Positions 46,703-56,983 of a DNA stretch of 56,983 bases are shown here, piece after piece. Positions within the stretch are counted from its first letter, which is position 1, and each line of letters starts with the position of its first letter. Where the stretch lies: positions 1 to 56,983 of the forward strand of contig CAXULY010000035.1 in assembly GCA_964252075.1 (NCBI GenBank), read 5' to 3'. The DNA is from an uncultured Deinococcaceae bacterium. GTDB lineage: Bacteria > Deinococcota > Deinococci > Deinococcales > Deinococcaceae. Position numbers and translations under genes: made by a program. The notes under the pieces were generated by a model. It was given only the letters and a program-made list of their open reading frames with translations. It ran no database searches and had not been told where the DNA came from.

Positions 46703-48301
46703 TCAGTAGCTGAAGTACACGAGGTCCCGCGGCACCTCCGGCGGCAGGTCGCGCGCCGCCGCGTCCTGCAGCTGCGCCGCGAGCGCCTCGGCCTCCTGCA
46801 GGTACGCCGCGTACGGCACGGGCCCCACCGCGCGCGCTGGCTCGGGCAGGCTGAACAGGCTCGGCTGCGGGGCGTCCGCCGGGTGACTCCAGGTGCCCGT
46901 GCGCCAGTCCAGCGTGTAGAGCGGCACGAACTTCGCGCCGTGCAGGGCCACAAACTCGATGGCGGCGCACAGGAAGTCCGCCGTCTCGTCCGTGATCCAC
47001 GGCGCGAAGTTCAGGCGCGTCCAGCCGGGCTTCATGCCCTCCAGGTCACTCGTGATGCAGCCCAGGTACCGCTCGGAGGTCGCGTCGTCGATGCTGAGCA
47101 GCGCGTGGCCGTACGGTCCGGCGCAGGCGCAGCCGCCGCGCGCCTGAATGCCGAACAGGTCGTTCAGGAGCCGCACCACGAGGCGCGGGTGCAGGGTGCG
47201 GCCCGCGTCCGTGCGGATCAGGAAGGACAGCACCGCCAGCCGCGGCGCCTCCAGGTTCCCGAGCAGCTGAACGCGCGGGTTCGCGCGCAGGCGCGCGGTG
47301 GCGCGCCCGATCAGTTCGCGCTCGCGCGCCTCGATGTTCGCCACCCCGAGGCGCTCCTTGACCTTGAAGGCCAGCGCCGCGCGCAGCTTCCCGAGGATGG
47401 CGGGCGTGCCCGCATCCTCGCGCGCCTCGATGTCCGCGACGAAGGCGTGGCGCGTGCGCGTCACGAAGGTCACGGTGCCGCCGCCCGGCGCGGTGGGCAC
47501 CGCGAGGCCGTACAGGTGCTGCTGGAAGCACAGCAGGCCGGGGCTGCCGGGGCCGCCCGCCAGCTTGTGCGCACTCAGGAAGATCGCGTCGTAGCCGTCC
47601 GGCTGGCCCGGCTTCATGTCGATGGGCACGTAGGGCGCGCACGCCGCGAAGTCAAAGAAGGCCCACGCGCCCTGCGCGTGCAGCAGGCGCGCGATGGAGC
47701 GCGTGTCACTCAGGGTGCCCGTCACGTTGCTGGCCGCGCTGAACGACCCGATGCGCGGGCGGCCCTGGTAGCGGGGGTCCTTCAGGGCGGCACGCAGGCC
47801 GTCCAAGTCAATGCCGCCGCGCGGGCACAGCCCGATCTCCACGACTTCCGCGATGGTCTCGCGCCAGCTCACCTCGTTGCTGTGGTGCTCGTACGGCCCC
47901 ACGAACACCACGGGGCGCTCGGCGGCGGGCAGCGTTGCCAGCACCCGCTCGCGCTGCGCGGCGGGCACGGTGAGGCCCAGGATGTCCTGCAGGCGCCGCA
48001 CGGCGGCGGTCGCGCCGCTGCCGCAGCACACCAGCTTGCAGGTGTCGTCCGCGCCGAACTGCGTTTTCAGGTAGGTGAGCGCCTCGTGCGCGAGGTGCGT
48101 GGTGCGCGCGCCCGTCGCGCTGTCCTCGGTGTGCGTGTTGGCGTACAGCGGCAGCGCGCGCTGCACGGTGTCCTCCACCCAGCGCAGCCCCCGCCCGGAC
48201 GCGACGAAGTCGGCGTAGGTGAGGCGCCGCGCCCCGAAGGGCGTCTGAATCACCGCGTCCTCGCCGATCAGGTCGCCGCGCAGCCAGGCAAAGGGGTCCA
48301 T
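46703..48301 (-). CDS. Class V PLP aminotransferase / cysteine-desulfurase-like
   Basis: Motifs YADFVASG, EHHSN, ASNVTG, SAHKLAGGPG, RGGCACAGPY. Confidence 0.88.
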   Translation of the reverse strand: MDPFAWLRGDLIGEDAVIQTPFGARRLTYADFVASGRGLRWVEDTVQRALPLYANTHTEDSATGARTTHLAHEALTYLKTQFGADDTCKLVCCGSGATAAVRRLQDILGLTVPAAQRERVLATLPAAERPVVFVGPYEHHSNEVSWRETIAEVVEIGLCPRGGIDLDGLRAALKDPRYQGRPRIGSFSAASNVTGTLSDTRSIARLLHAQGAWAFFDFAACAPYVPIDMKPGQPDGYDAIFLSAHKLAGGPGSPGLLCFQQHLYGLAVPTAPGGGTVTFVTRTRHAFVADIEAREDAGTPAILGKLRAALAFKVKERLGVANIEARERELIGRATARLRANPRVQLLGNLEAPRLAVLSFLIRTDAGRTLHPRLVVRLLNDLFGIQARGGCACAGPYGHALLSIDDATSERYLGCITSDLEGMKPGWTRLNFAPWITDETADFLCAAIEFVALHGAKFVPLYTLDWRTGTWSHPADAPQPSLFSLPEPARAVGPVPYAAYLQEAEALAAQLQDAAARDLPPEVPRDLVYFSY

Positions 48302-48423
48302 CCCGCCAGCGTACCACGAAAAACCGCGTCCAGCACGATAAAAAGTTGACCTTTTCGGTCAGTGTTCCGGCGACGCGGCCCCGCATCCTCTAGCATGGGC
48401 GCACCGAGGAGGAAAACCCATCC

Positions 48424-50793
48424 ATGCGTGCCCTTCGCTTCGTTCAACGCCTGATCGGCGGCGTGCTGCTGCTGGCCCTGCTGCTCGTCCTGGCCGCGCT
48501 CGCCTACGCCTACACCTCCACCCGCACCCCGACGGGCGGCACCTTCACGCTCGGTGGCCTCACGGGCCCCGTGACGGTCGCGCGCGACCGCTGGGGCATT
48601 CCGCACATCCGCGCGCAGGCCAGCGACGCGGACGCGATGTTCGCGCTCGGCTTCGTGCACGCGCAGGACCGCCTGTGGCAGATGGAGTTCCAGCGGCGCA
48701 TCGCGCAGGGGCGCCTCAGCGAGGTGCTGGGGAAGGCCGCGCTGGACCAGGACCGCTTCCTGCGCACCTGGGGCTTCTACCGCGCCGCGCAGAGCGCCCT
48801 GCCCGCCCTGAGCCCCCGCACGCGCGCGCTCGTCCGCGCGTACACGGCGGGCGTGAACGCCCGCATCCAGCAGGGGCACCTGCCGCTGGAGTTCACGCTG
48901 CTGCGCTACAAGCCCGAAGCCTGGACGGACGTGGATTCCATCGCGTGGCAGAAACTCATGGCCTTCGACCTGGGCGGCAACTGGGAGGATGAACTGCTGG
49001 GCGAGGAGGCCGTGCAGAAGCTCGGCGCGGGCGGCCTGAACGCCGTGCTGGCCCCCTACCCGAAGGGCGCGCCCACCATCCTGAGCGCGCAGGACCTGCG
49101 GCAGGCCGAACTGACGGGACGCGCGCCGCGCGTGTCCGCCACGCGCCTGCCGGACGCCACCCTGCGCGAGTTGCGCGCCCAGCTGCACGCCGCGCGCACG
49201 CTGGGCTTCGGGAGCGTGCCGGGCAAGGGCAGCAACGACTGGGTGGTGGCGGGCAGCCGCACGCAGAGCGGCAAGCCGCTGCTCGCCGACGACCCGCACC
49301 TGGGCCTCAGCGCGCCCATGCTGTGGTACCTCGCAGACGTCCAGGGACCGAACCTGCACGTGATCGGCGCGACCATCCCGGGCCTGCCGGGCGTGGTGAT
49401 CGGGCACAACGACCGCGTCGCGTGGGGCGTCACGAACGTGAACCCGGACGTGCAGGACCTGTACGTGGAGCCCGCGGGCGCGAAACTCAGCGCGCGCACC
49501 GAGGTCATCCGCGTGAAGGGACAGCCGGACGTGCGCCTCACCGTTCAGGAGAGCGCGCACGGCCCCATCATCTCCGGGGTGTCAGGCGGCGCAAACGCCC
49601 TCTCGCCGCGCGTGGCGCTGAAGTGGACGGCGCTCCTGCCAGGCGACACCACCTACGACGCCTTCATCGGCCTGAATTACGCGCGCAACTGGCCGGACTT
49701 CACGGAGGCGCTGCGCCGCTACGTGGCGCCCAGCCAGAACTTCGTGTATGCCGACGTGGACGGCAACATCGGGTACTACGCGCCCGGCAAGGTGCCCATC
49801 CGCGCGGGCTGGGATGGCAGCCTGCCGGTGTCCGGCAGCGGCGCGCGCGAATGGCGAGGCTTCATTCCCTTCGAGCGCCTGCCGCACGCCGAGAACCCCC
49901 CGGAGGCGCAGGTGGTGAGCGCGAACAACCGCGTGGTGCCGCCCGGCTACCCCTTCAACCTCGCGAACGACCGCAATTGGGCCGAACCCTACCGCGCCGA
50001 GCGGATCCTGCAACTCCTGAACGCCACGGCGAAACTCACGCCCGCCGACTTTCAGCGCATCCAGTTCGACACCGTGAGCCTCGTGTGGCGCGACGCCCGT
50101 GAGGTGCTGCTCGCCGCGAAGCCCGGCAGCAGCTTGAGCCGCGCGGCGCTGCAGAAACTCCAGGGCTGGGACGGCAACGAGACGCTGGACAGTGTGCAGG
50201 CCAGCATCTTTGAGGCGTGGCTGGCGCGCCTGCAGACCATGGCGGAAGGGGAGTTGGGCGTCGGCACGCGCCTGACGAGCCTCGCGACCCTGAACCAGTT
50301 GCGGACGAACGGCGCGCTGTGCCGCGACGAGCGCGCCGAAGTCCCGAACTGCACGGCGTGGCTCACGCGCAGCCTGGACCTCGCCACGCAGGACCTGAGC
50401 GCCCGCCTGGGCAACGACCCGGCGAAGTGGCAGTACCGCCGCCTGCACCGCTCCGCGAGCCTGCACGGCGCCTTCGGGGGCGTGCGCGCGATCGGCTGGA
50501 TCTGGAACCGCGGCACGCCCACGCCGGGCGGCACGAACACCGTGAACGTCGCGCGGCCCGACCCGGGCAGCTTCGCGCAGACGCACGCGCCCAGCTACCG
50601 GCAGGTCGTGGACCTCTCGAACCTCAACAAGAGCCTGTTCGTGGCGACGCTCGGGCAGTCCGGCAACCCACTCAGCCCGCACTACGCGGACCAGCAGCCC
50701 CTGTGGGCGCGCGGCGCGTACCTGCCGATGAGCACCGATCCCGCCGACTGGGGCGCCGTCCAGACCCTGACCCTGCAGCCGCCCGCGCCGTAA
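48424..50793 (+). CDS. Penicillin acylase family Ntn-hydrolase (S45)
   Basis: Motifs RDRWGIPHI, AQDRLWQM, catalytic G-SNDWVV, DPHL, GQSGNPLSPHYADQ. Confidence 0.92.
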   Translation: MRALRFVQRLIGGVLLLALLLVLAALAYAYTSTRTPTGGTFTLGGLTGPVTVARDRWGIPHIRAQASDADAMFALGFVHAQDRLWQMEFQRRIAQGRLSEVLGKAALDQDRFLRTWGFYRAAQSALPALSPRTRALVRAYTAGVNARIQQGHLPLEFTLLRYKPEAWTDVDSIAWQKLMAFDLGGNWEDELLGEEAVQKLGAGGLNAVLAPYPKGAPTILSAQDLRQAELTGRAPRVSATRLPDATLRELRAQLHAARTLGFGSVPGKGSNDWVVAGSRTQSGKPLLADDPHLGLSAPMLWYLADVQGPNLHVIGATIPGLPGVVIGHNDRVAWGVTNVNPDVQDLYVEPAGAKLSARTEVIRVKGQPDVRLTVQESAHGPIISGVSGGANALSPRVALKWTALLPGDTTYDAFIGLNYARNWPDFTEALRRYVAPSQNFVYADVDGNIGYYAPGKVPIRAGWDGSLPVSGSGAREWRGFIPFERLPHAENPPEAQVVSANNRVVPPGYPFNLANDRNWAEPYRAERILQLLNATAKLTPADFQRIQFDTVSLVWRDAREVLLAAKPGSSLSRAALQKLQGWDGNETLDSVQASIFEAWLARLQTMAEGELGVGTRLTSLATLNQLRTNGALCRDERAEVPNCTAWLTRSLDLATQDLSARLGNDPAKWQYRRLHRSASLHGAFGGVRAIGWIWNRGTPTPGGTNTVNVARPDPGSFAQTHAPSYRQVVDLSNLNKSLFVATLGQSGNPLSPHYADQQPLWARGAYLPMSTDPADWGAVQTLTLQPPAP

Positions 50794-50848
50794 CGGCAGC
50801 ATGTGGGGCGGCGGGCCCGGTCACCCGCCGCCCCACACTGTTCTCCGG

Positions 50849-51418
50849 TTACCAGCCCTGCGGGGTGCTCACGGCCGCCCAGGCGGGCTGCGCGGCGCCG
50901 TGACGACGGAACAGCGCGATCTCGATCTGCGTGGCGTGGTGGCGGCCGTGCCACGCGTAGTACCCGAGGGCGCCCTCCAGGGTGCTGAAGGGCGCTTTCG
51001 CCCAGCGCATGGGGCGGGCGTAGTCGGCGTCCTTCATGTTATGCAGCAAGCTCGCCCAGCGCAGGTGCAGGCCCTCCAGCAGGCGCAGGGACGGCTCCAC
51101 GTCGCCGTCGCTGGCGTCCGGGAAGCGGCTGAGCAGCTTCTCCGGCAGTGCCAGCAGCGGGGGGTCCTTCTCGGCGAGGGCCGCGCGGAAGGCGCTCGCG
51201 CCGTGCGCGTGCGTGTCGGCGAGGTGATGAATGAGCTGGCGGACGGTCCAGGCGCCCTCGCGGGAGCGCAGGTCCAGGTCCTCGTCCTCGCGGCCCTCCA
51301 CGGCGGAGCGCAGCAGGGCGGGCAGTTCGGCGATGTCTTGCGTCCAGGCCTCGCGCCGCCCGGGGGACACACTCGCCGGCAGTTCGAAGCCACCGATGGG
51401 ATAACGGGGATCGGTCAT
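50849..51418 (-). CDS. YfiT/DinB-family metal-dependent thiol transferase
   Basis: Motifs DPRYPIG, WTVRQLIHHLAD, YAWHGRHH. Confidence 0.88.
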   Translation of the reverse strand: MTDPRYPIGGFELPASVSPGRREAWTQDIAELPALLRSAVEGREDEDLDLRSREGAWTVRQLIHHLADTHAHGASAFRAALAEKDPPLLALPEKLLSRFPDASDGDVEPSLRLLEGLHLRWASLLHNMKDADYARPMRWAKAPFSTLEGALGYYAWHGRHHATQIEIALFRRHGAAQPAWAAVSTPQGW

Positions 51419-51516
51419 GGCTGGCCCCACTGTAGGCGCTCGCTTCTTACAGAATCCTCACGACTCCCGAAGATTGACGTTCAGGCGCACGAAAATTAAA
51501 TGAGAGAAAGCTGGTG

Positions 51517-52185
51517 TCAGGGGTGCAGACAAGCCAGGGCCTCCCGCACCACCGCCAGATCCCGCTGCACCTGTCCGCGACCGTGCCGCGCGACGACCAT
51601 CAAGCGCTCCTGCTGACGCTGCAGTTCCGCCACGAGCAGGGGGTCGCGGCGGCGCAACAGGTGCGGCCCGAAGCGCAGCGCCGCCTCGCGTGGCAGACCC
51701 ACGTAGGCGGGGTCCTCTCCCCCGCCCCGCCGCAGGCTCAGCACCGGGTACGCCCAGAAGCCGGGCGCGAGGGCCTCGGCCTCCAGCTGGTACCCGCCCG
51801 TTAGCGCCCAGCGCCTCAGCCCCTCGGCGCTGTCGTTGCTCTGCAGCACGAGGTGCGGCGGAAGTTCAGCCGCGCGCCGCACGATGCCCAGGATGGTGCG
51901 TGCGCCCATGCCGGTCACGCTCGCGCCCGTCACCTCGTCCGGGCGGATGGGGGCAAAACCGTCCCCCAGCCGCACCTCGCTGCGCGCCGCCAGCCCCGCC
52001 GCCGCGAGCGCCGCGTGCGCCACCTCGGCGGGCGCTGCAGTCTTCTCGACCACGATCACGCGCTCCGTACGACCCGACCGCAGCAGGTGAATGGGCAGCC
52101 GCGCGTGATCCGACCCGATGTCCGCGTGCACCGCCGACCGGATGAAAGCGGCGGCCTGGCTGAGCCGAGCGTCCAGCGCCGTCAG
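51517..52185 (-). CDS. trmK: tRNA (adenine22-N1)-methyltransferase TrmK-like
   Basis: Motifs LDARL, HADIGSDHARLP, RLGDGF, GMGARTI, LVLQSN. Start uncertain (CTG at 52185 proposed). Confidence 0.82.
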   Translation of the reverse strand: MTALDARLSQAAAFIRSAVHADIGSDHARLPIHLLRSGRTERVIVVEKTAAPAEVAHAALAAAGLAARSEVRLGDGFAPIRPDEVTGASVTGMGARTILGIVRRAAELPPHLVLQSNDSAEGLRRWALTGGYQLEAEALAPGFWAYPVLSLRRGGGEDPAYVGLPREAALRFGPHLLRRRDPLLVAELQRQQERLMVVARHGRGQVQRDLAVVREALACLHP

Positions 52186-52733
52186 AGGGCCCGCACCTCG
52201 TCCCCCTCCCGGATCACGCCGCCCTCAATGACCCGCGCGGTGATGCCGCCGTGCCCGCGCACCACGTTGTACCCGCCCGGCCCGAGGGTCTCCTCCATGC
52301 GCGAGCACGGGTGGCAGGCGCCCGTGCCCTCCAGCACCGCATCCCCGATGCGGAAGCGGCGGTCCTTGAGCGCCAGCAGGTTCAGTCCGGATACCACGAT
52401 GTTGCGCCGCAGGGGATCGGGCGGCAGCTCGTCCAGACCCAGCAGCGCCGCCATGACGGGCAGGTGCTCCGCCTGAATGAGCGTGACCTGCCGCTGCCCG
52501 CGTGGCGGTCCGGCGGGCGCCGTGGGGGCGGTCGGTGGGGTCAGATCGCCGCCCGTCAGGGCCGTCAGGCGCGGCGGCGCCGTGCGCCCCCGGTCCCCGA
52601 TCAGGCCCACCAGCGGGTGCGCCTCGACGTCCAAGACGTGCTGCATGGGCGCGCGCCGGGCCGGGCGCACCCCGATCCAGGTCACCCGCCCCGCGCGCGG
52701 AAGGCGCGCCTTCATGTCCGCGATGCTCTCCAC
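52182..52733 (-). CDS. MOSC-domain protein
   Basis: Motifs RQVTLIQAEH, LRRNIVVSG, CHPCSRM, GHGGITARV. TAGCCT-N6-GTG start. Confidence 0.9.
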   Translation of the reverse strand: MESIADMKARLPRAGRVTWIGVRPARRAPMQHVLDVEAHPLVGLIGDRGRTAPPRLTALTGGDLTPPTAPTAPAGPPRGQRQVTLIQAEHLPVMAALLGLDELPPDPLRRNIVVSGLNLLALKDRRFRIGDAVLEGTGACHPCSRMEETLGPGGYNVVRGHGGITARVIEGGVIREGDEVRAL

Positions 52734-52755
52734 CGCCCCAGGCTAACGTGCGGAC

Positions 52756-54150
<1,395 letters not shown>

Positions 54151-54211
54151 GTGCCCGGACTGCCTGCCGAACACCGTCCTGAAATCCGCATGACAAAAAA
54201 CACGGATTTCA

Positions 54212-54268
54212 GCCGTTTATCCACAGCTGCCTGTGGATAAACGGCGTTTTCGAGGGGGTTTATCCACA
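54212..54268. promoter_or_regulatory. DnaA-box cluster (3 perfect boxes)
   Basis: TTATCCACA at 54217, TGTGGATAA at 54232, TTATCCACA at 54260. Confidence 0.8.
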
Positions 54269-54457
54269 GGCAGCGCCAAAAACAGGCGAATCTGCGTGGC
54301 ATTCTTAAAGCTTCGATGAGCGTGGCGGCGCCTGCTTCCAGACCACATTGGTCCTCAGTGCCGCCCGCGGCCCCCTGGTATATCAGCTTTGCGTCAGGCG
54401 ATCAAGCTCAAACGAAAGGGCCGGAACCCGCTGGTCCCGGCCCCTACCTGCGTCCGG

Positions 54458-55879
54458 TCAGCGCAGTTTTTCCACGCGGATCATGTTGGTGCTGCCGTGC
54501 ACGCCGAACGGCACGCCCGCCGTGATCACGTAGCGGTCCCCTGGGTCCGCCAGCTTGCTGGCGCCCAGTTCCGTCGTCGCGATACGCACCATGTCGTCCG
54601 TGGTGCGCGGGTCCTCACTGAGCAGCGGCACCACGCCCCACGCGAGCGCCAGCTGGTTGCGGATCTGCTCGTACGGCGTGAGCGCCAGGATCGCCACCTT
54701 GGGGCGGTTGCGCGCCACGCGCAGGGCCGCGCCGCCCGTCGCCGTGAAACTCACGATGGCCGCCACCCGCAGGCGATCCGCGATGTTGCAGGCGGACTGC
54801 GCGATGGCGTCCTGCGCCAGCTCCGTCTCCAGCGTCTGCGCCTGCAGCAGCGCGTACTCCGGGCTGGATTCCGCCTCGCGCGCGATGCGGTCCATCATCT
54901 GCACCGCCTCCACGGGGTACAGGCCCGCCGCGGACTCCGCGGAGAGCATCACGGCGTCCGTGCCGTCGAAGATGGCGTTCGCCACGTCGCTCGCCTCCGC
55001 GCGGGTGGGACGCGGGTTCTGGATCATGCTCTCCAGCATCTGCGTGGCCGTGATGACGGGTTTGCCCGCCTCGCGGCACGCGCGGATCAGGCGCTTCTGG
55101 ATGGTCGGGACCTTCTCGGGCGCCATCTCCACGCCCAGGTCGCCGCGCGCCACCATGATGCCGTCCGACTCCTTGAGGATCTCCTCGAAGCGGTCCACGG
55201 CCTGCGGCTTCTCGATCTTCGCCATGAGCTTCGCGCTGGACTTCTCCCGCGCGAGGTAATGCCGCGCGAGCAGCATGTCGTCGCGGCTGCGCACGAAGGA
55301 CAGCGCCACCCAGTCCACGCCCAGCTCCGCGCCGAAGATCAGGTCCTCGATGTCCTTGGCGGACAGGGCGGGCACCGTGAGGTCCGCCTCGGGCACGTTG
55401 ATGCCCTTGTTGTTCTTCAGCACGCCGCCGATCGTCACCTTGGTGATGACCTCCGGCCCGCGCACCTCCTGCACCTCCAGCGCCATGTTGCCGTCATCCA
55501 GCAGCAGCGCCATACCGGGCCGCACGTCTCGCGCGAGGTCCTTGTAGGTGGTGCCCACGCGCTCCTCGGTGCCCTCCACGTCCTCCATCGTGATGATGAA
55601 GGTCTGGCCGGCCGTGAGCGTCACGGCGCCCTCCTTGAAGCGCGCCACGCGGATCTTGGGGCCCTGCAAGTCCTGCAGGATGCCGATGGACACGCCCTTC
55701 TTGGCGGCCAGCGCGCGCACCAGCTGCACCGTCTCGCGGTGGTCCTCGGGGTTGCCGTGCGAGAAGTTCATGCGCACGACGTTCAGCCCGGCGTCAATCA
55801 TGCGCTCTAGGGTTTCGGCGTTGCGACTGGCCGGGCCGATGGTCGCGACGATTTTGGTTGCCCGATCAAAATGCTTCAT
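54458..55879 (-). CDS. pyk: Pyruvate kinase
   Basis: Motifs TKIVATIGPA, RMNFSHG, DLQGPKIR, IMVARGDLGVE, ATQMLESM. Confidence 0.98.
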   Translation of the reverse strand: MKHFDRATKIVATIGPASRNAETLERMIDAGLNVVRMNFSHGNPEDHRETVQLVRALAAKKGVSIGILQDLQGPKIRVARFKEGAVTLTAGQTFIITMEDVEGTEERVGTTYKDLARDVRPGMALLLDDGNMALEVQEVRGPEVITKVTIGGVLKNNKGINVPEADLTVPALSAKDIEDLIFGAELGVDWVALSFVRSRDDMLLARHYLAREKSSAKLMAKIEKPQAVDRFEEILKESDGIMVARGDLGVEMAPEKVPTIQKRLIRACREAGKPVITATQMLESMIQNPRPTRAEASDVANAIFDGTDAVMLSAESAAGLYPVEAVQMMDRIAREAESSPEYALLQAQTLETELAQDAIAQSACNIADRLRVAAIVSFTATGGAALRVARNRPKVAILALTPYEQIRNQLALAWGVVPLLSEDPRTTDDMVRIATTELGASKLADPGDRYVITAGVPFGVHGSTNMIRVEKLR

Positions 55880-55925
55880 TGGTGTCCCCCGAGGCTCAGC
55901 CTGCGCGGCCTCGTGACCGCCCCGC

Positions 55926-56983
<1,058 letters not shown>

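Overview
A high-GC chromosomal segment that is almost certainly from Deinococcus. Support: a two-OB-fold SSB in the rpsF-ssb-rpsR-rplI operon, RDRM/DdrO-type palindromes, and many TAnnnT-N6-ATG leaderless starts. It is mostly housekeeping genes: lysN-like aminotransferase, gatB, ribosomal proteins, holB-trpF, hemW, pheST, a 2-oxo-acid dehydrogenase operon, tyrS, pyk and a partial eno. It also carries a LacI-regulated sugar ABC/FAD-oxidoreductase operon. The more unusual features are non-coding or accessory. (1) Two tandem copies of a promoter + ~26-29 nt hairpin/U-tract unit flank a 35-bp palindrome between hemW and an ahbAB-like gene. (2) A 3.4-kb integrase-less island sits between tRNA-Arg(TCT) and a 43-bp duplicate of its 3' end, and holds an array of paralogous small lipoprotein genes, some intact and some pseudogenised. 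(3) An RDRM overlaps the promoter of an XPB/Rad25-like helicase-DUF790 (Bax1-like) nuclease operon. (4) Unannotated leaderless 20-codon leader peptides with attenuator folds precede tyrS (Tyr-Ala-Tyr) and pheS. (5) Two DnaA-box clusters lie away from any dnaA gene. No CRISPR array, rRNA, transposase or integrase was seen. All calls come from reading the sequence; no database searches were run.
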